This document shows positions 31,137-40,683 of a stretch of DNA of 64,000 bases, one piece after another. Numbering within the stretch: the first letter of the stretch is position 1; each line of letters starts with the position of its first letter. This DNA comes from Gemmatimonadales bacterium (GTDB taxonomy: Bacteria > Gemmatimonadota > Gemmatimonadetes > Gemmatimonadales > GWC2-71-9): NCBI GenBank assembly GCA_038321865.1, contig JBBQFH010000001.1, positions 96,001 to 160,000 of the forward strand, given 5' to 3'. Made by a program: the position numbers and the translations under genes. The notes beneath the pieces were generated by a model. It had not been told where the DNA came from. It did not search any database and saw only the letters and a list, made by a program, of their open reading frames with translations.

Positions 31137-32032
31137 AGCGGGCATGGTCCGTCGCCGTTGCCGTCGTCGGCGCCGCGGCGCTCGCCTATGCAGCGATCCA
31201 CTTCCCCTGGCGGGAAGCGGGCCACTCGCTCGCGCGGGCGAATTCCGGATGGCTGGTGGCGGCGGCCATCGTAAACCTGATCTCGCTCGTCGCGAAGGGC
31301 GCCTCCTGGCATTTGCTGATTCGTCGCGCCGGACCGCTGCGGCTCGGCAGTTCGATCGGCGCCACGATTCTGGGCGCGGCTGCGGGCTCGGTGGGCCCTT
31401 CGGTGACCGGAGAAGCGGTGCGACTGAAATTCCTGGTGGCGCGGGAGCCGATCCCACTGCGGACGGCGACGGCGGGCGTCGTGGCCGCGCGCATGCTCGA
31501 GGCGATCAGCCTCATCGCACTGGTGGCGGGCGGGTCCGCGCTGCTGCCGGACGCCGCCTGGACCCGCACGCTCCGCGCTGCGGCGATCGCGCTGCTCTGC
31601 ATCGCCGCGGTCGGGTCACGTCCAGCGATCATGCGCCGTGTGGCGCCGAAGCTCGCGAGCGCCATGGGGGAGCGAGCGACCCGCGGGGCGCTGGGCTTGG
31701 CTGCGCTCAGCTGGATCGCGCAATGGGCCGCATATTACGCCGCCTGCCGCGCCGTCGCGCTGCCCGAAGCCCTCGGGTTGTCGCTCGCCGCGCTGATCCT
31801 CTCCAACCTCGGCGGCCTGCTGCGACTCACCCCCGGAAACGTCGGCGTGCTGCAGGCGGCATTCGCGATCGCCGCGCTGCGCATGGCCCTGCCCGCGGCA
31901 CCTGCGGTCGCCGCCTCGTTTCTCCTGCAGGGGGTCCAGATACTGCCCGTCCTCCTTGCCGGCGGCCTCGTGCTGACGATTCATTCGATGCGACCGGAGC
32001 GCGCGCTGCGTGCGCCGGCGGTGGCGGCATGA
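31133..32032 (+). CDS. Lysylphosphatidylglycerol-synthase TM / UPF0104 flippase-like protein
   Basis: About 8 TM segments, GEAVR and TPGNVG motifs. Confidence 0.8.
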   Translation: MKRAWSVAVAVVGAAALAYAAIHFPWREAGHSLARANSGWLVAAAIVNLISLVAKGASWHLLIRRAGPLRLGSSIGATILGAAAGSVGPSVTGEAVRLKFLVAREPIPLRTATAGVVAARMLEAISLIALVAGGSALLPDAAWTRTLRAAAIALLCIAAVGSRPAIMRRVAPKLASAMGERATRGALGLAALSWIAQWAAYYAACRAVALPEALGLSLAALILSNLGGLLRLTPGNVGVLQAAFAIAALRMALPAAPAVAASFLLQGVQILPVLLAGGLVLTIHSMRPERALRAPAVAA

Positions 32033-32039
32033 GCGTGTG

Positions 32040-33482
32040 ATGGGACTCCCACTTCGGCTGGCGGCACTCACCGCGTGCCTGGCCCTGCTGCTCATCGTCG
32101 GCGCGACCGAAGTCGCGCTTTCGTGGTCGGAGCGGAGCCGCCAGGACGACCTGCGTCAGGAGGCGGTCGCGCTGGCTGACGCGCTGGCCGCATATCTCGG
32201 GCGCGCGGCACCCACCGGCGATCCAGCCGCAGTCGCGGAAGGACTCCGCGACTGGGAGGGCAACCGTCAGACGCAGACGAGGGCGTGGGCAACGCTCGGG
32301 ACGTCCACTGCACCGCGGCAGGTGCGCGCGGGCACTGGCCCGGTCCCGCCCACGCCGGATCTGGCCGACTCCGCCGCGCTCAGCCGGGGCATGATGGAGG
32401 TGCATTACCACGACGGACCCGATCCCGGCTGGCACGTCGCCGTGCCGTTCGGAACGTCGCGCGCCCCCGCCGTAGCCGACGTCCGCCTCTCCACGCGGCG
32501 GCTCAGTGAATGGGCACGCCTCGAGCGTCAGCGTGCCTACTTCGTGGCCATCGTCGCCGCGCTCCTGGTCGCGGTCGGCGTCGCCCTGATCTCGGCACGA
32601 TGGGTCGGACGGCCGCTCATGGCGCTTGGGGGTGCCATGGCAGAAGCCCACGGTGGCGCGCGGGGCGCTCCGGCGGCTCCGGAACTTGGGCCGGCAGAGT
32701 TCCGCACTTTGGCCCGTCGCTACAACGAGCTCCGGCAGGCGCTCGCCGCACGCGAGCGCGAGAGCGCGGCGCGAGCGGCTCTGCTCTCACTTGAGGATCA
32801 TGCCCGGAGCCTGGAGCGGCTTGCGCTGGTCAAGCAGACCGCCGCCGGGCTGGCCCACGAGATCGGGACGCCACTCAACACCGTCAACGGCCACCTGCAG
32901 CTGCTGCGCGACGACCTCGTCGCGGCGCGCCAGACCGAGCCGGCCGAACGGGTGCGCATGCTGCTCACGCAGGTTGAACGGGTCGCGGGCATCGTACGAG
33001 CGGGGCTGGAGCGGGGCACCTGGCCCACCCCGGCGGTGCAGCCGACCGACCTCGACGACGTGTCGGCACGCATGCTCCGGTTCCTGGAGCCGGCGTTCAC
33101 CGATGCCGGCGTCGTCGCCGTCCGGGCGCGGAGCTCGGCCGGGGATGCGCCGGCCCGGTCCCTCTGCGACCCGCAGCTGGTGGAGCAGATCCTGCTGAAC
33201 CTGCTCAAGAATGCCATCGAGGCCCTCGCGCCAGGGCAGCATGTCACCGTGACGACGGGCGGGGGTGAGCGCGTGGCCTTTCTCGAGGTGACGGATGACG
33301 GCCCCGGGCTGGCCGACGATGCGCGGCGGCGCCTGTTCCAGCCGTTCTCCACGACCAAGGGCGAGTCGGGAACGGGGCTTGGACTGTCGGTCAGCCGCCA
33401 GCTGGCGCGCGCGCTGGGCGGCGACCTCGAGCATGTGCCTTCCACGCAAGGCACACGGTGGCGTCTCACCCTTCCGGCCTGA
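32040..33482 (+). CDS. Sensor histidine kinase (2 TM, HAMP, HisKA, HATPase)
   Basis: LAHEIGTPL, NLLKNA, DDGPG, FSTTK, GTGLGL. Confidence 0.93.
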   Translation: MGLPLRLAALTACLALLLIVGATEVALSWSERSRQDDLRQEAVALADALAAYLGRAAPTGDPAAVAEGLRDWEGNRQTQTRAWATLGTSTAPRQVRAGTGPVPPTPDLADSAALSRGMMEVHYHDGPDPGWHVAVPFGTSRAPAVADVRLSTRRLSEWARLERQRAYFVAIVAALLVAVGVALISARWVGRPLMALGGAMAEAHGGARGAPAAPELGPAEFRTLARRYNELRQALAARERESAARAALLSLEDHARSLERLALVKQTAAGLAHEIGTPLNTVNGHLQLLRDDLVAARQTEPAERVRMLLTQVERVAGIVRAGLERGTWPTPAVQPTDLDDVSARMLRFLEPAFTDAGVVAVRARSSAGDAPARSLCDPQLVEQILLNLLKNAIEALAPGQHVTVTTGGGERVAFLEVTDDGPGLADDARRRLFQPFSTTKGESGTGLGLSVSRQLARALGGDLEHVPSTQGTRWRLTLPA

Positions 33483-34900
33483 TGAAACAGGACAACCGAA
33501 CTCGCGGGCGGTTGTTGCTGGTGGACGACGACGAGGCCGCATGCCGGCTGCTCGCCGAGATCCTCGAGCGCGAGGCGTACGACGTGGTGACCGCGCTGTC
33601 GGTCGACGAAGCGTTGCGCCGCCTTGGCCAGCCCGGCGCATTCGACGCGGTGCTCACCGATCTCCGGATGCCGGAGCGCAGCGGCCTCGACCTGCTCCGG
33701 ATGGTGCGGGAGCGCCAGCCGGACGCCGTCGTGATCGTCCTGACCGCGTTCGGCGACGCGGCGACCGCCGGCGAAGCGATTCGCGCCGGCGCCTACGATT
33801 TCGTCAGCAAGCCGTATGATATCGCGGCACTGCGGGAGACGCTGGCACGCGCTCTTGACCGGCGCCACCAGGCGTCCGTGCGACGGGATCGCGCCGCGGC
33901 GCCCCGGCCGGATGCCTCCGAGGGCGAACGGATCCCGCTGGTGGGCCACAGCCCCGCCATCATCGACGTGATGAAGACGCTGGCCCGTGCGGCGTCGTCT
34001 CAGGCCACGGTGCTGGTGTTCGGTGAGACCGGGACGGGGAAGGAATTGATCGCGCGAACGCTGCATCAGTACAGCGAGCGCCGCGACCGCCGCTTCGTCG
34101 CGGTCAATTGCTCGGCCCTGGCGGAGGGGCTCCTCGAGAGTGAGCTGTTTGGTCATGTGCGCGGCGCTTTCACGGGCGCGGCCGGTGCGCGCACAGGTCT
34201 GTTCCGCGAGGCCGACCACGGTACCCTGTTCCTCGACGAGATCGGCGACATTTCGCCGGCGCTGCAGGCTCGCCTGCTCCGGGCGCTGCAGGAGCACGAA
34301 ATCGTGCCGGTCGGCTCGGAGACTCCGATCCCCGTCGACGTGCGCATCATCGCGGCCACCCATCGTGACATCGCCGCGTTGGTGCGCGAAGGTCGGTTCC
34401 GCGAGGACCTCTACTACCGCCTCAAGGTCGTCACGCTCGCCCTCCCCCCGCTGCGGGAACGCACGCAGGATATTCCGCTGCTGATCGACCACTTTCTCCG
34501 CACGCTTGGCGCCCGGCACGGCCGCGAACTCGTGGCGGTCGATGCCGAAGCGCAGCATATGCTGCTCGCGTACTCGTGGCCCGGAAACGTGCGCGAGCTG
34601 CAGAACGTCCTGGAGCGCGCCCTAGTCCTGGTGGAGCAGGACGTCGTCGGGCCGGAGCATCTTCCGCCCGAGGTACGCGACGCGCTCGGCGCGGCGGTGC
34701 CTGTGTCCTCGGCATCGTCGGGGTACGACGGACCGTCAGGGGAGTTTCTGCCGATGCCCGAGATCGAGCGCCTGCACGTGCTTCGCGCGCTCGAGCGAAC
34801 CGGCGGTAACCGGGAAGCGGCGGCACGGCTGCTGGGCATTTCACGTCGGACCCTGACGAGAATGATCCAGCGGTGGGGGCTCCCGAGGCGCCGGGTCTGA
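33482..34900 (+). CDS. sigma54-dependent response regulator (NtrC/ZraR-like)
   Basis: Receiver VDDD..DLRMP; GETGTGKE; ESELFGH..GAFTGA; WPGNVREL; C-terminal HTH. Confidence 0.96.
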   Translation: MKQDNRTRGRLLLVDDDEAACRLLAEILEREAYDVVTALSVDEALRRLGQPGAFDAVLTDLRMPERSGLDLLRMVRERQPDAVVIVLTAFGDAATAGEAIRAGAYDFVSKPYDIAALRETLARALDRRHQASVRRDRAAAPRPDASEGERIPLVGHSPAIIDVMKTLARAASSQATVLVFGETGTGKELIARTLHQYSERRDRRFVAVNCSALAEGLLESELFGHVRGAFTGAAGARTGLFREADHGTLFLDEIGDISPALQARLLRALQEHEIVPVGSETPIPVDVRIIAATHRDIAALVREGRFREDLYYRLKVVTLALPPLRERTQDIPLLIDHFLRTLGARHGRELVAVDAEAQHMLLAYSWPGNVRELQNVLERALVLVEQDVVGPEHLPPEVRDALGAAVPVSSASSGYDGPSGEFLPMPEIERLHVLRALERTGGNREAAARLLGISRRTLTRMIQRWGLPRRRV

Positions 34901-34915
34901 CGCCGCTGCTTCGGG

Positions 34916-36541
34916 CTAGCGCCGGCGGAACCGGAGCGGATTCTGAAAGAGGTGGCTCGGGAGGATGAAGATGACGAGAAACATGCCGAAGGCGAGGCAA
35001 AGGCCGCCGATGAGCACACCGAGGCGGCGCGTGCCAAGGTAGACGACGCTGGTGACCAGCGCGATGGTGAGCGCGAACAGGCCGAGCAGCGCGCGCCGGA
35101 CCTGCTGGGCGAGGAACCGCTGCAGCTCGAGCGTATCACGCGGATGCCACTTTACCCGGAGCTCATCGCGCTCGACCCGCTGCACCAGATCGCGCAGCGT
35201 GCGCAGTGCACCAGCCGCTTCGAGACCCCAATCCAGCAGCTTCCCCGCCCCGTCGCCATCGCCGAGGCCGCTGATGAGCCGCGCAGCGGCGCGCTCCACC
35301 ACGGGGCGCGCAGCCGCGATGGCGTTGAAATTCGGGTCGTAGCGAAGCCCGATCCCCTCGACCAGGACCGCCGCGCGGCCGAAGTACACGAAATCCGACG
35401 GAAGCATGAGGGGCCAGTCGTAGAACGTGCGGAGGATCTGCTCCACGAGATGCTGCACCTGGCGCGGAGAGAGATCGTCCTGGAGCGAAATCGCCATGAG
35501 ATGGCGCGCGGCGTCCCGCACCGTGCTGCGATCGACGTCCGGGTCGAGGATCCCCAGCTCGTAGAATCCGTTGATCACGCCGTCCACGTCCCGCCGGACG
35601 GCCGCGAGCACCGTACGCACCAGGCGGGCCTGCGTTTCCCGCTCGACGCGCAGCACCATGCCGAAGTCCAGCAGCACCAGTCGGCCGGCCGGGTCCACCA
35701 GCAGGTTGCCCGGGTGGGGGTCCGCGTGGAAGACCCCGTCCTCGAGCATCATCTTGATGTACGCGTCGATGATCGTATGCAGCAGCGGGGGCAGTGTCAG
35801 CTCACCGGACGCGAGGCGGTCGTGCAGGCGGTCGATGCGGGTGCCCTCGATGTATTCGAGCACCAGCACCCGGCGGTGCGTCAGCTCGCTCACGACCGAC
35901 GGGATGACGACGCGCGGCTCGGCCGCGAAGTTGCGGCGCAGCGCTTCGGCATTGCGCGCCTCTTCGCGGAAATCGAGCTCGCCCCAGATCCGCTTCGCGA
36001 ACTCGCTGACGATGGCGGACAACGCCCGAACGTGATGATTGGGAAACAGTACGTTCAGGATGAACAGCAGCCGGAACGACACGGCGAGATCCTGCTGCAC
36101 CAGCTCCTCGACACCGGGTCGCAACACCTTCACGACCACTTCCCGTCCCCCGTACGACGCCCGGTGGACCTGACCCAGCGAGGCGGCCGCCAGCGGCTCG
36201 CTGTCGAACCGGTCGAACACCTCGGCGATATCGCGCCCGAGCTCCTGACGGAGCACCGTCTCGGCCACGCCGGAGGCGAGCGGCGGGACTCGATCACTGA
36301 GCGTTCCGATGGCGGTGAGGTAGGGTTCCGGCAGAATGTCGGCGCGGGCGCCGAGGACCTGCGCCAGCTTGATGTACGTGGGGCCCAGGTCGGCGAGGGC
36401 GCGCGTCAGCCGTTCGGCTCGGCGGCGGTGATGCGCATCCGACCGCCGCGCGCCCCGGCCGAACAGGATGAAGCGGCGCCGGTCGCGCACAAACGCGACG
36501 ACGAACGGGAACAGACGCATCAGCACGACCAGGGCGCGCAT
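34916..36541 (-). CDS. ABC1/UbiB (AarF) atypical kinase
   Basis: GPTYIKLAQ, AAASLGQVH, VKVLRP, ELDF..E, FHADPHPGN, LDFGM; C-terminal TMs. Confidence 0.93.
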   Translation of the reverse strand: MRALVVLMRLFPFVVAFVRDRRRFILFGRGARRSDAHHRRRAERLTRALADLGPTYIKLAQVLGARADILPEPYLTAIGTLSDRVPPLASGVAETVLRQELGRDIAEVFDRFDSEPLAAASLGQVHRASYGGREVVVKVLRPGVEELVQQDLAVSFRLLFILNVLFPNHHVRALSAIVSEFAKRIWGELDFREEARNAEALRRNFAAEPRVVIPSVVSELTHRRVLVLEYIEGTRIDRLHDRLASGELTLPPLLHTIIDAYIKMMLEDGVFHADPHPGNLLVDPAGRLVLLDFGMVLRVERETQARLVRTVLAAVRRDVDGVINGFYELGILDPDVDRSTVRDAARHLMAISLQDDLSPRQVQHLVEQILRTFYDWPLMLPSDFVYFGRAAVLVEGIGLRYDPNFNAIAAARPVVERAAARLISGLGDGDGAGKLLDWGLEAAGALRTLRDLVQRVERDELRVKWHPRDTLELQRFLAQQVRRALLGLFALTIALVTSVVYLGTRRLGVLIGGLCLAFGMFLVIFILPSHLFQNPLRFRRR

Positions 36542-37884
36542 CAGGGCAGGAGCAGCAGGCGGGCCAGCAGCAGGACGAGGCCGAATCCAAAGACGTCGGT
36601 GAACGTCGTCACGAAGATGGATGACGCGATCGCGGGGTCCACCTTCAGGCGGTGAAGCAGCAGCGGGATCAGCGCACCCGAGGCGCCCGCCACGATCAGA
36701 TTGCCGACCATCGCGAGTCCCACGACGAGACCGAGGATGGCGGTGCCCGCGTGGGTGAAGACGGCCACCGCGGCGACGACGGCGCCGTTGGCGACCCCAT
36801 TGATGGCGCCGACCAGGAGCTCGTTCAGGATGATCCGCTTCGCGTCGCCCGGCGCGATGAGGCCAAGCGCGAGCCGCCGCACGGTGACGGCCAGCGCCTG
36901 CGTTCCCGCGTTGCCGCCCATGCCGGCGATCACGCCGAGCCAGGCCGCGATCAGCGGCAGCTGACGCACCACGTCCTGCTGGGCATCGATCACGCCCTTC
37001 GCGACAAACGCCGTCATCAGATTGATCAGCAGCCACGGCAGCCGGCTCCGGACCGCCGGAAGCCAGTGGGCGCTGAGCTCTTCGGCGCCGCTCACGCCAC
37101 CGAACTTGAGCAGGTCCTCGGTCGCCTCCGCTTCGGCGACGTCGGTCACGTCGTCGAAGGTGACGCGGCCAATCAGGCGCCCGGACGGCTCGACCACCGG
37201 AATGCTGGCGAGGTTGTATTTGGCCATGAGGCGCGCCACCTCCTCCTGGTCGACGTCCGGAGAAACCCGGATATCCGCCTCCTCCAGAAACTCGCGGATG
37301 GAACGGGCGGGCGCGCTGGTCACGAGACCCTTGAGCGGGAGGGTGCCGACCAGCCGATCCGCCTCATCCACCACGAAAATCTGATAGAAGTCCTCGACCT
37401 CCTCGCTTTGCCGCCGGATCTCCTCCAGCGCCTCGCCGACCGAATCGGTATCGAGCACCTTCACCAGGTGCGTCGTCATCCTCCCGCCGGCCGTCTCCTC
37501 GTCGTAGCGGAGCAGCCGGTCGACCTCGGCCCGGTCCTGCAACTCCGAAAGAATGTATTCCTGGGTCCGCGGGTCGAGCTCGCCGATCAGGTCGGCCGCG
37601 TCATCGTCCTCCAGCTCGTCGACGATGCCGGCCGCCTGCCCCGGATCGAGTGCCGCGAGCGTGTCCTCGGCATGCTCCGCATCGGGCATTTCCACGAGGG
37701 CCTGGCCCGACAGCTCGGGCGGGAGAAACTGGACGACGCGAACCCGCTCGTCGTCGTCGAGCACGGCGAGCACATCGGCCAGATCGGCCGGCTCCAGGTC
37801 GTACGCGCGCTGGATGAACGCTTCGATGCCACCGGAGCGTACCAGCTCGACCATGGAATTGACGTCGAACGGCGGCGCGCTCAC
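36541..37884 (-). CDS. mgtE: Magnesium transporter MgtE
   Basis: TAGGRM, CBS pair, RLPWL, GMGGNAGTQ, DPAIAS..VTTFTD. Confidence 0.95.
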   Translation of the reverse strand: MSAPPFDVNSMVELVRSGGIEAFIQRAYDLEPADLADVLAVLDDDERVRVVQFLPPELSGQALVEMPDAEHAEDTLAALDPGQAAGIVDELEDDDAADLIGELDPRTQEYILSELQDRAEVDRLLRYDEETAGGRMTTHLVKVLDTDSVGEALEEIRRQSEEVEDFYQIFVVDEADRLVGTLPLKGLVTSAPARSIREFLEEADIRVSPDVDQEEVARLMAKYNLASIPVVEPSGRLIGRVTFDDVTDVAEAEATEDLLKFGGVSGAEELSAHWLPAVRSRLPWLLINLMTAFVAKGVIDAQQDVVRQLPLIAAWLGVIAGMGGNAGTQALAVTVRRLALGLIAPGDAKRIILNELLVGAINGVANGAVVAAVAVFTHAGTAILGLVVGLAMVGNLIVAGASGALIPLLLHRLKVDPAIASSIFVTTFTDVFGFGLVLLLARLLLLP

Positions 37885-39074
37885 GAGACGGCGTCGCCCA
37901 GCGTGTGCGTCGTGGTGGCGGCGCGTCGAACCAGCAGCCGCTCCACCCGTACTGGCGACGCCTGGAGCACGTCTACCTCAAGCGAGCCCAACTGGAACCG
38001 CTCCCCGGCCGAGGGGATCCGCCCGGCCAGCTCGGCGACCAACCCCGCGAGCGTCGTGGCGCGGCGCCGGGGCAGCCGGACGTCGAGACCTGTTTCCACC
38101 TCCTCGATGCTGGTCATGCTGTCCGCCTCGATGAGGGTGACGCGAGCGGACGAGTCGGCCGGCAGCTTTCCGTCGTGCTCGTCGAAAATCTCGCCGACGA
38201 GCTCTTCGAGGAGATCCTCCAGCGTCGCGATCCCCAGCGTGCCACCGAATTCATCAATGACGACCGCGAGGTGCCGGCGCTCACGCTGCATGTCCAGGAG
38301 CAGGTCCCCGCAGCTCCGCGTGGCGGGGGCGATCGTGATCGGCCGCACCGGGAGCGGCTGCCCGGGGCGCAGCTTGAACAGGTCGAAGGCATGCAGCATC
38401 CCGACAATTTCGTCGAGCGTTCCGCGGTAGATCGGGATCCGGCTGTACCCGCTCTCTGCGAACACCACGGAAATGTCAGCCAGCGATGCGCCCTCTTCGA
38501 CGGCCACAATATCGGTGCGGGGCGTCATGACCTCACGTACCTGACGCTGCGTGAAGGTCATGACCCCGCCGATCATCTGGAACTCCTCGTCGGAACCGAG
38601 CCCGCCGGCCGCGCCCTCGCGCCAGATCGACCGAAGATCATGCGGGCGTCCTCGCGGCCGGGCAGGCAATACCAGACCAAGAAGTGTCGACCACGGTCGG
38701 ATCACCGGCAGGACGCGATTGGCGACCTGCTCGGCTCGCGGCCGCGTCAGCCAGCGCGGAATGAGATAGCCCGTGATCAGCGCGAACGCGACCGTGACGA
38801 CCGCGAGCATGGCGGTCGAACGCAGGAGGGCTGACGCGCCGACAATGCCGGGCAGCGACGCGCCAACCAGCAGGATGCCCAGTGATGTGGTCGCGGAGGC
38901 GCAGGTGAGGTATTGGTCGGCGTCCGCGAGCCAGCCGAGCGACGGCCCGGCGCCGCGCAGGCGGCGGGACACGACTCGGGTGAGCTCGCGGCGGCTCACC
39001 GTCATCAAGGCAGCACCCGCGGTCGCCCCGAAGCCCGTCAGCAGCAGGCCGACGCCAAAGACGAGCCAGGTCAT
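37881..39074 (-). CDS. CNNM/CorC-family CBS protein
   Basis: N-terminal TMs, VMTPR, YSRIP, DEFGGTLG..TLEDLLEELVGEIFDEHD. Confidence 0.9.
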   Translation of the reverse strand: MTWLVFGVGLLLTGFGATAGAALMTVSRRELTRVVSRRLRGAGPSLGWLADADQYLTCASATTSLGILLVGASLPGIVGASALLRSTAMLAVVTVAFALITGYLIPRWLTRPRAEQVANRVLPVIRPWSTLLGLVLPARPRGRPHDLRSIWREGAAGGLGSDEEFQMIGGVMTFTQRQVREVMTPRTDIVAVEEGASLADISVVFAESGYSRIPIYRGTLDEIVGMLHAFDLFKLRPGQPLPVRPITIAPATRSCGDLLLDMQRERRHLAVVIDEFGGTLGIATLEDLLEELVGEIFDEHDGKLPADSSARVTLIEADSMTSIEEVETGLDVRLPRRRATTLAGLVAELAGRIPSAGERFQLGSLEVDVLQASPVRVERLLVRRAATTTHTLGDAVS

Positions 39075-40270
39075 GAGCCCCCCGCGCCGTGCGCGCCCAC
39101 GCCCGCAGCCGCCGCGGCGTGCCGCACACCGACGCGGCGCACGCGTCGGCGCACAATCTGCTCGACCGTCAGCTCGTACCCCTGAAGCAGGAGCCGCTCG
39201 CCGGCGCGCGGCACCCGGCCGAACTCGGCGAGGACCAGGCCGCCCACCGTGCTGACGTCCTCGCGGCCAAAGTCGTGTCCCAGGGTGGCCTCGAGCTCAG
39301 ACAGCGTGGCCCCGCCCTGCACCCGCCACCCCTCGGGACCCAACGCCTGGATGGCGGCAACCTCATCGGTATCGTATTCATCCTGAATCTCGCCGACGAC
39401 CTGCTCGAGAATGTCCTCGAGGGTGATCAGGCCCGCGGTGCCACCGAACTCATCGACGACGATTGCCAGGTGGCCGGCGGTCCGCTGGAAATCACGAAGC
39501 TGGCGGTCAAGCCGCTTGGCCTCGGGAACGTAGGCGGCCGGTCGGACGAGGGACTGCCAGGGGCGCACGTCTGCCACCGCGCCGGGTGTCGGCAGCATGT
39601 CCTTGGCGTACAGCACCCCGGCCACGATGTCGGGGCCGCCATCGTACACGGGAAGGCGGGCATGTTCGGAGGCGCTCAGGACTGCCACGACCTCCGCGCG
39701 CGTCGCGGACAGCTCGACTGAGACGACGTCGATCCTCGGTGTCATGACCTCGGCCACGGTCATGTCCGCCAGCGAGAACACGCCGAGCAGCATGTCACGC
39801 TCCGTCGCGCCGCCGTCGCGGCGATCCGATTCCGGGGCGCCGCGACGGCCGTGCGCGTCGACCCACGCCACAATGCGCAGCAGCGGGCCGAACGGTGCGA
39901 GCGTGGGTGCCGCCGCCTTGCGGGCCGGTACCGCGAGGTCGGGCGCCAGCGCGCCAAGGAGACGAGGCAGCAAATCGCCGACCGCCCAGACGAGGCACGA
40001 CGCGATGAGCAGCCGCGTCAGCCCCGCAGCCGGCGACCGGGCCCACCAGGCGACCGCGATCCCCGCGGCGACTCCCGCCAGCGCGAGCAGCGCCAGGTGC
40101 GCAACGTGCAGGCGCCGGGCAAGCGAAAGCTCGCCGCGCTCCTCGCGGAGCTGCCCGGCGAGCATTCGGGGGAGGTCGGTATCGGCCTCTGCCGCGAAGG
40201 CGAGCCAGGCGGCCCAGAGCGTCAATCCCGCCATTAGGATCGGCGCGACGTACTGATGCAGCGCGCTCAA
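39071..40270 (-). CDS. CNNM/CorC-family CBS protein (second paralogue)
   Basis: VMTPR, HARLP, DEFGGTAG..TLEDILEQVVGEIQDEYD; probable TTG start overlapping the ybeY stop. Confidence 0.88.
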   Translation of the reverse strand: MSALHQYVAPILMAGLTLWAAWLAFAAEADTDLPRMLAGQLREERGELSLARRLHVAHLALLALAGVAAGIAVAWWARSPAAGLTRLLIASCLVWAVGDLLPRLLGALAPDLAVPARKAAAPTLAPFGPLLRIVAWVDAHGRRGAPESDRRDGGATERDMLLGVFSLADMTVAEVMTPRIDVVSVELSATRAEVVAVLSASEHARLPVYDGGPDIVAGVLYAKDMLPTPGAVADVRPWQSLVRPAAYVPEAKRLDRQLRDFQRTAGHLAIVVDEFGGTAGLITLEDILEQVVGEIQDEYDTDEVAAIQALGPEGWRVQGGATLSELEATLGHDFGREDVSTVGGLVLAEFGRVPRAGERLLLQGYELTVEQIVRRRVRRVGVRHAAAAAGVGAHGAGGS

Positions 40271-40683
40271 CTGAAGCGCTCCACGTAACGCTCCTGCCGC
40301 CGCCACATGCCGGAGCGCGCGCGCGCCGCACCCTCCCCGTGGTCGTAGCCCAGCACATGCAGCACGCCATGCACCACCAGGCGTATCAACTCCTGGCGCA
40401 CCGGCACGTCGTGGTCGCGTGCCTGCCGCTCGGCGACCCAGGGGCACACGTAGACGTCGCCGATGACCGACTTCGCCGCGCCCGCGAGCGTAAAGGCGAT
40501 TACGTCGGTCGGCTCGTCGCGGCCCTTGTACTGCCGGTTGAGGCGGCGCATCCCGTCGCGGCCCACGAAGGTCACCGACACGGCCGTATCGCTGCGCTCG
40601 GCGGCCAGCACTCCGCGCACGACGCGGCGCACCGTCACCGCCGGGAGCGCCAGGCGGCGTCCGCCGACCGAAACCTCAGGCAC
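40267..40683 (-). CDS. ybeY: rRNA maturation RNase YbeY
   Basis: LNRQY..TDVIAF, GDVYV, HGVLHVLGYDH. Confidence 0.95.
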   Translation of the reverse strand: MPEVSVGGRRLALPAVTVRRVVRGVLAAERSDTAVSVTFVGRDGMRRLNRQYKGRDEPTDVIAFTLAGAAKSVIGDVYVCPWVAERQARDHDVPVRQELIRLVVHGVLHVLGYDHGEGAARARSGMWRRQERYVERFS

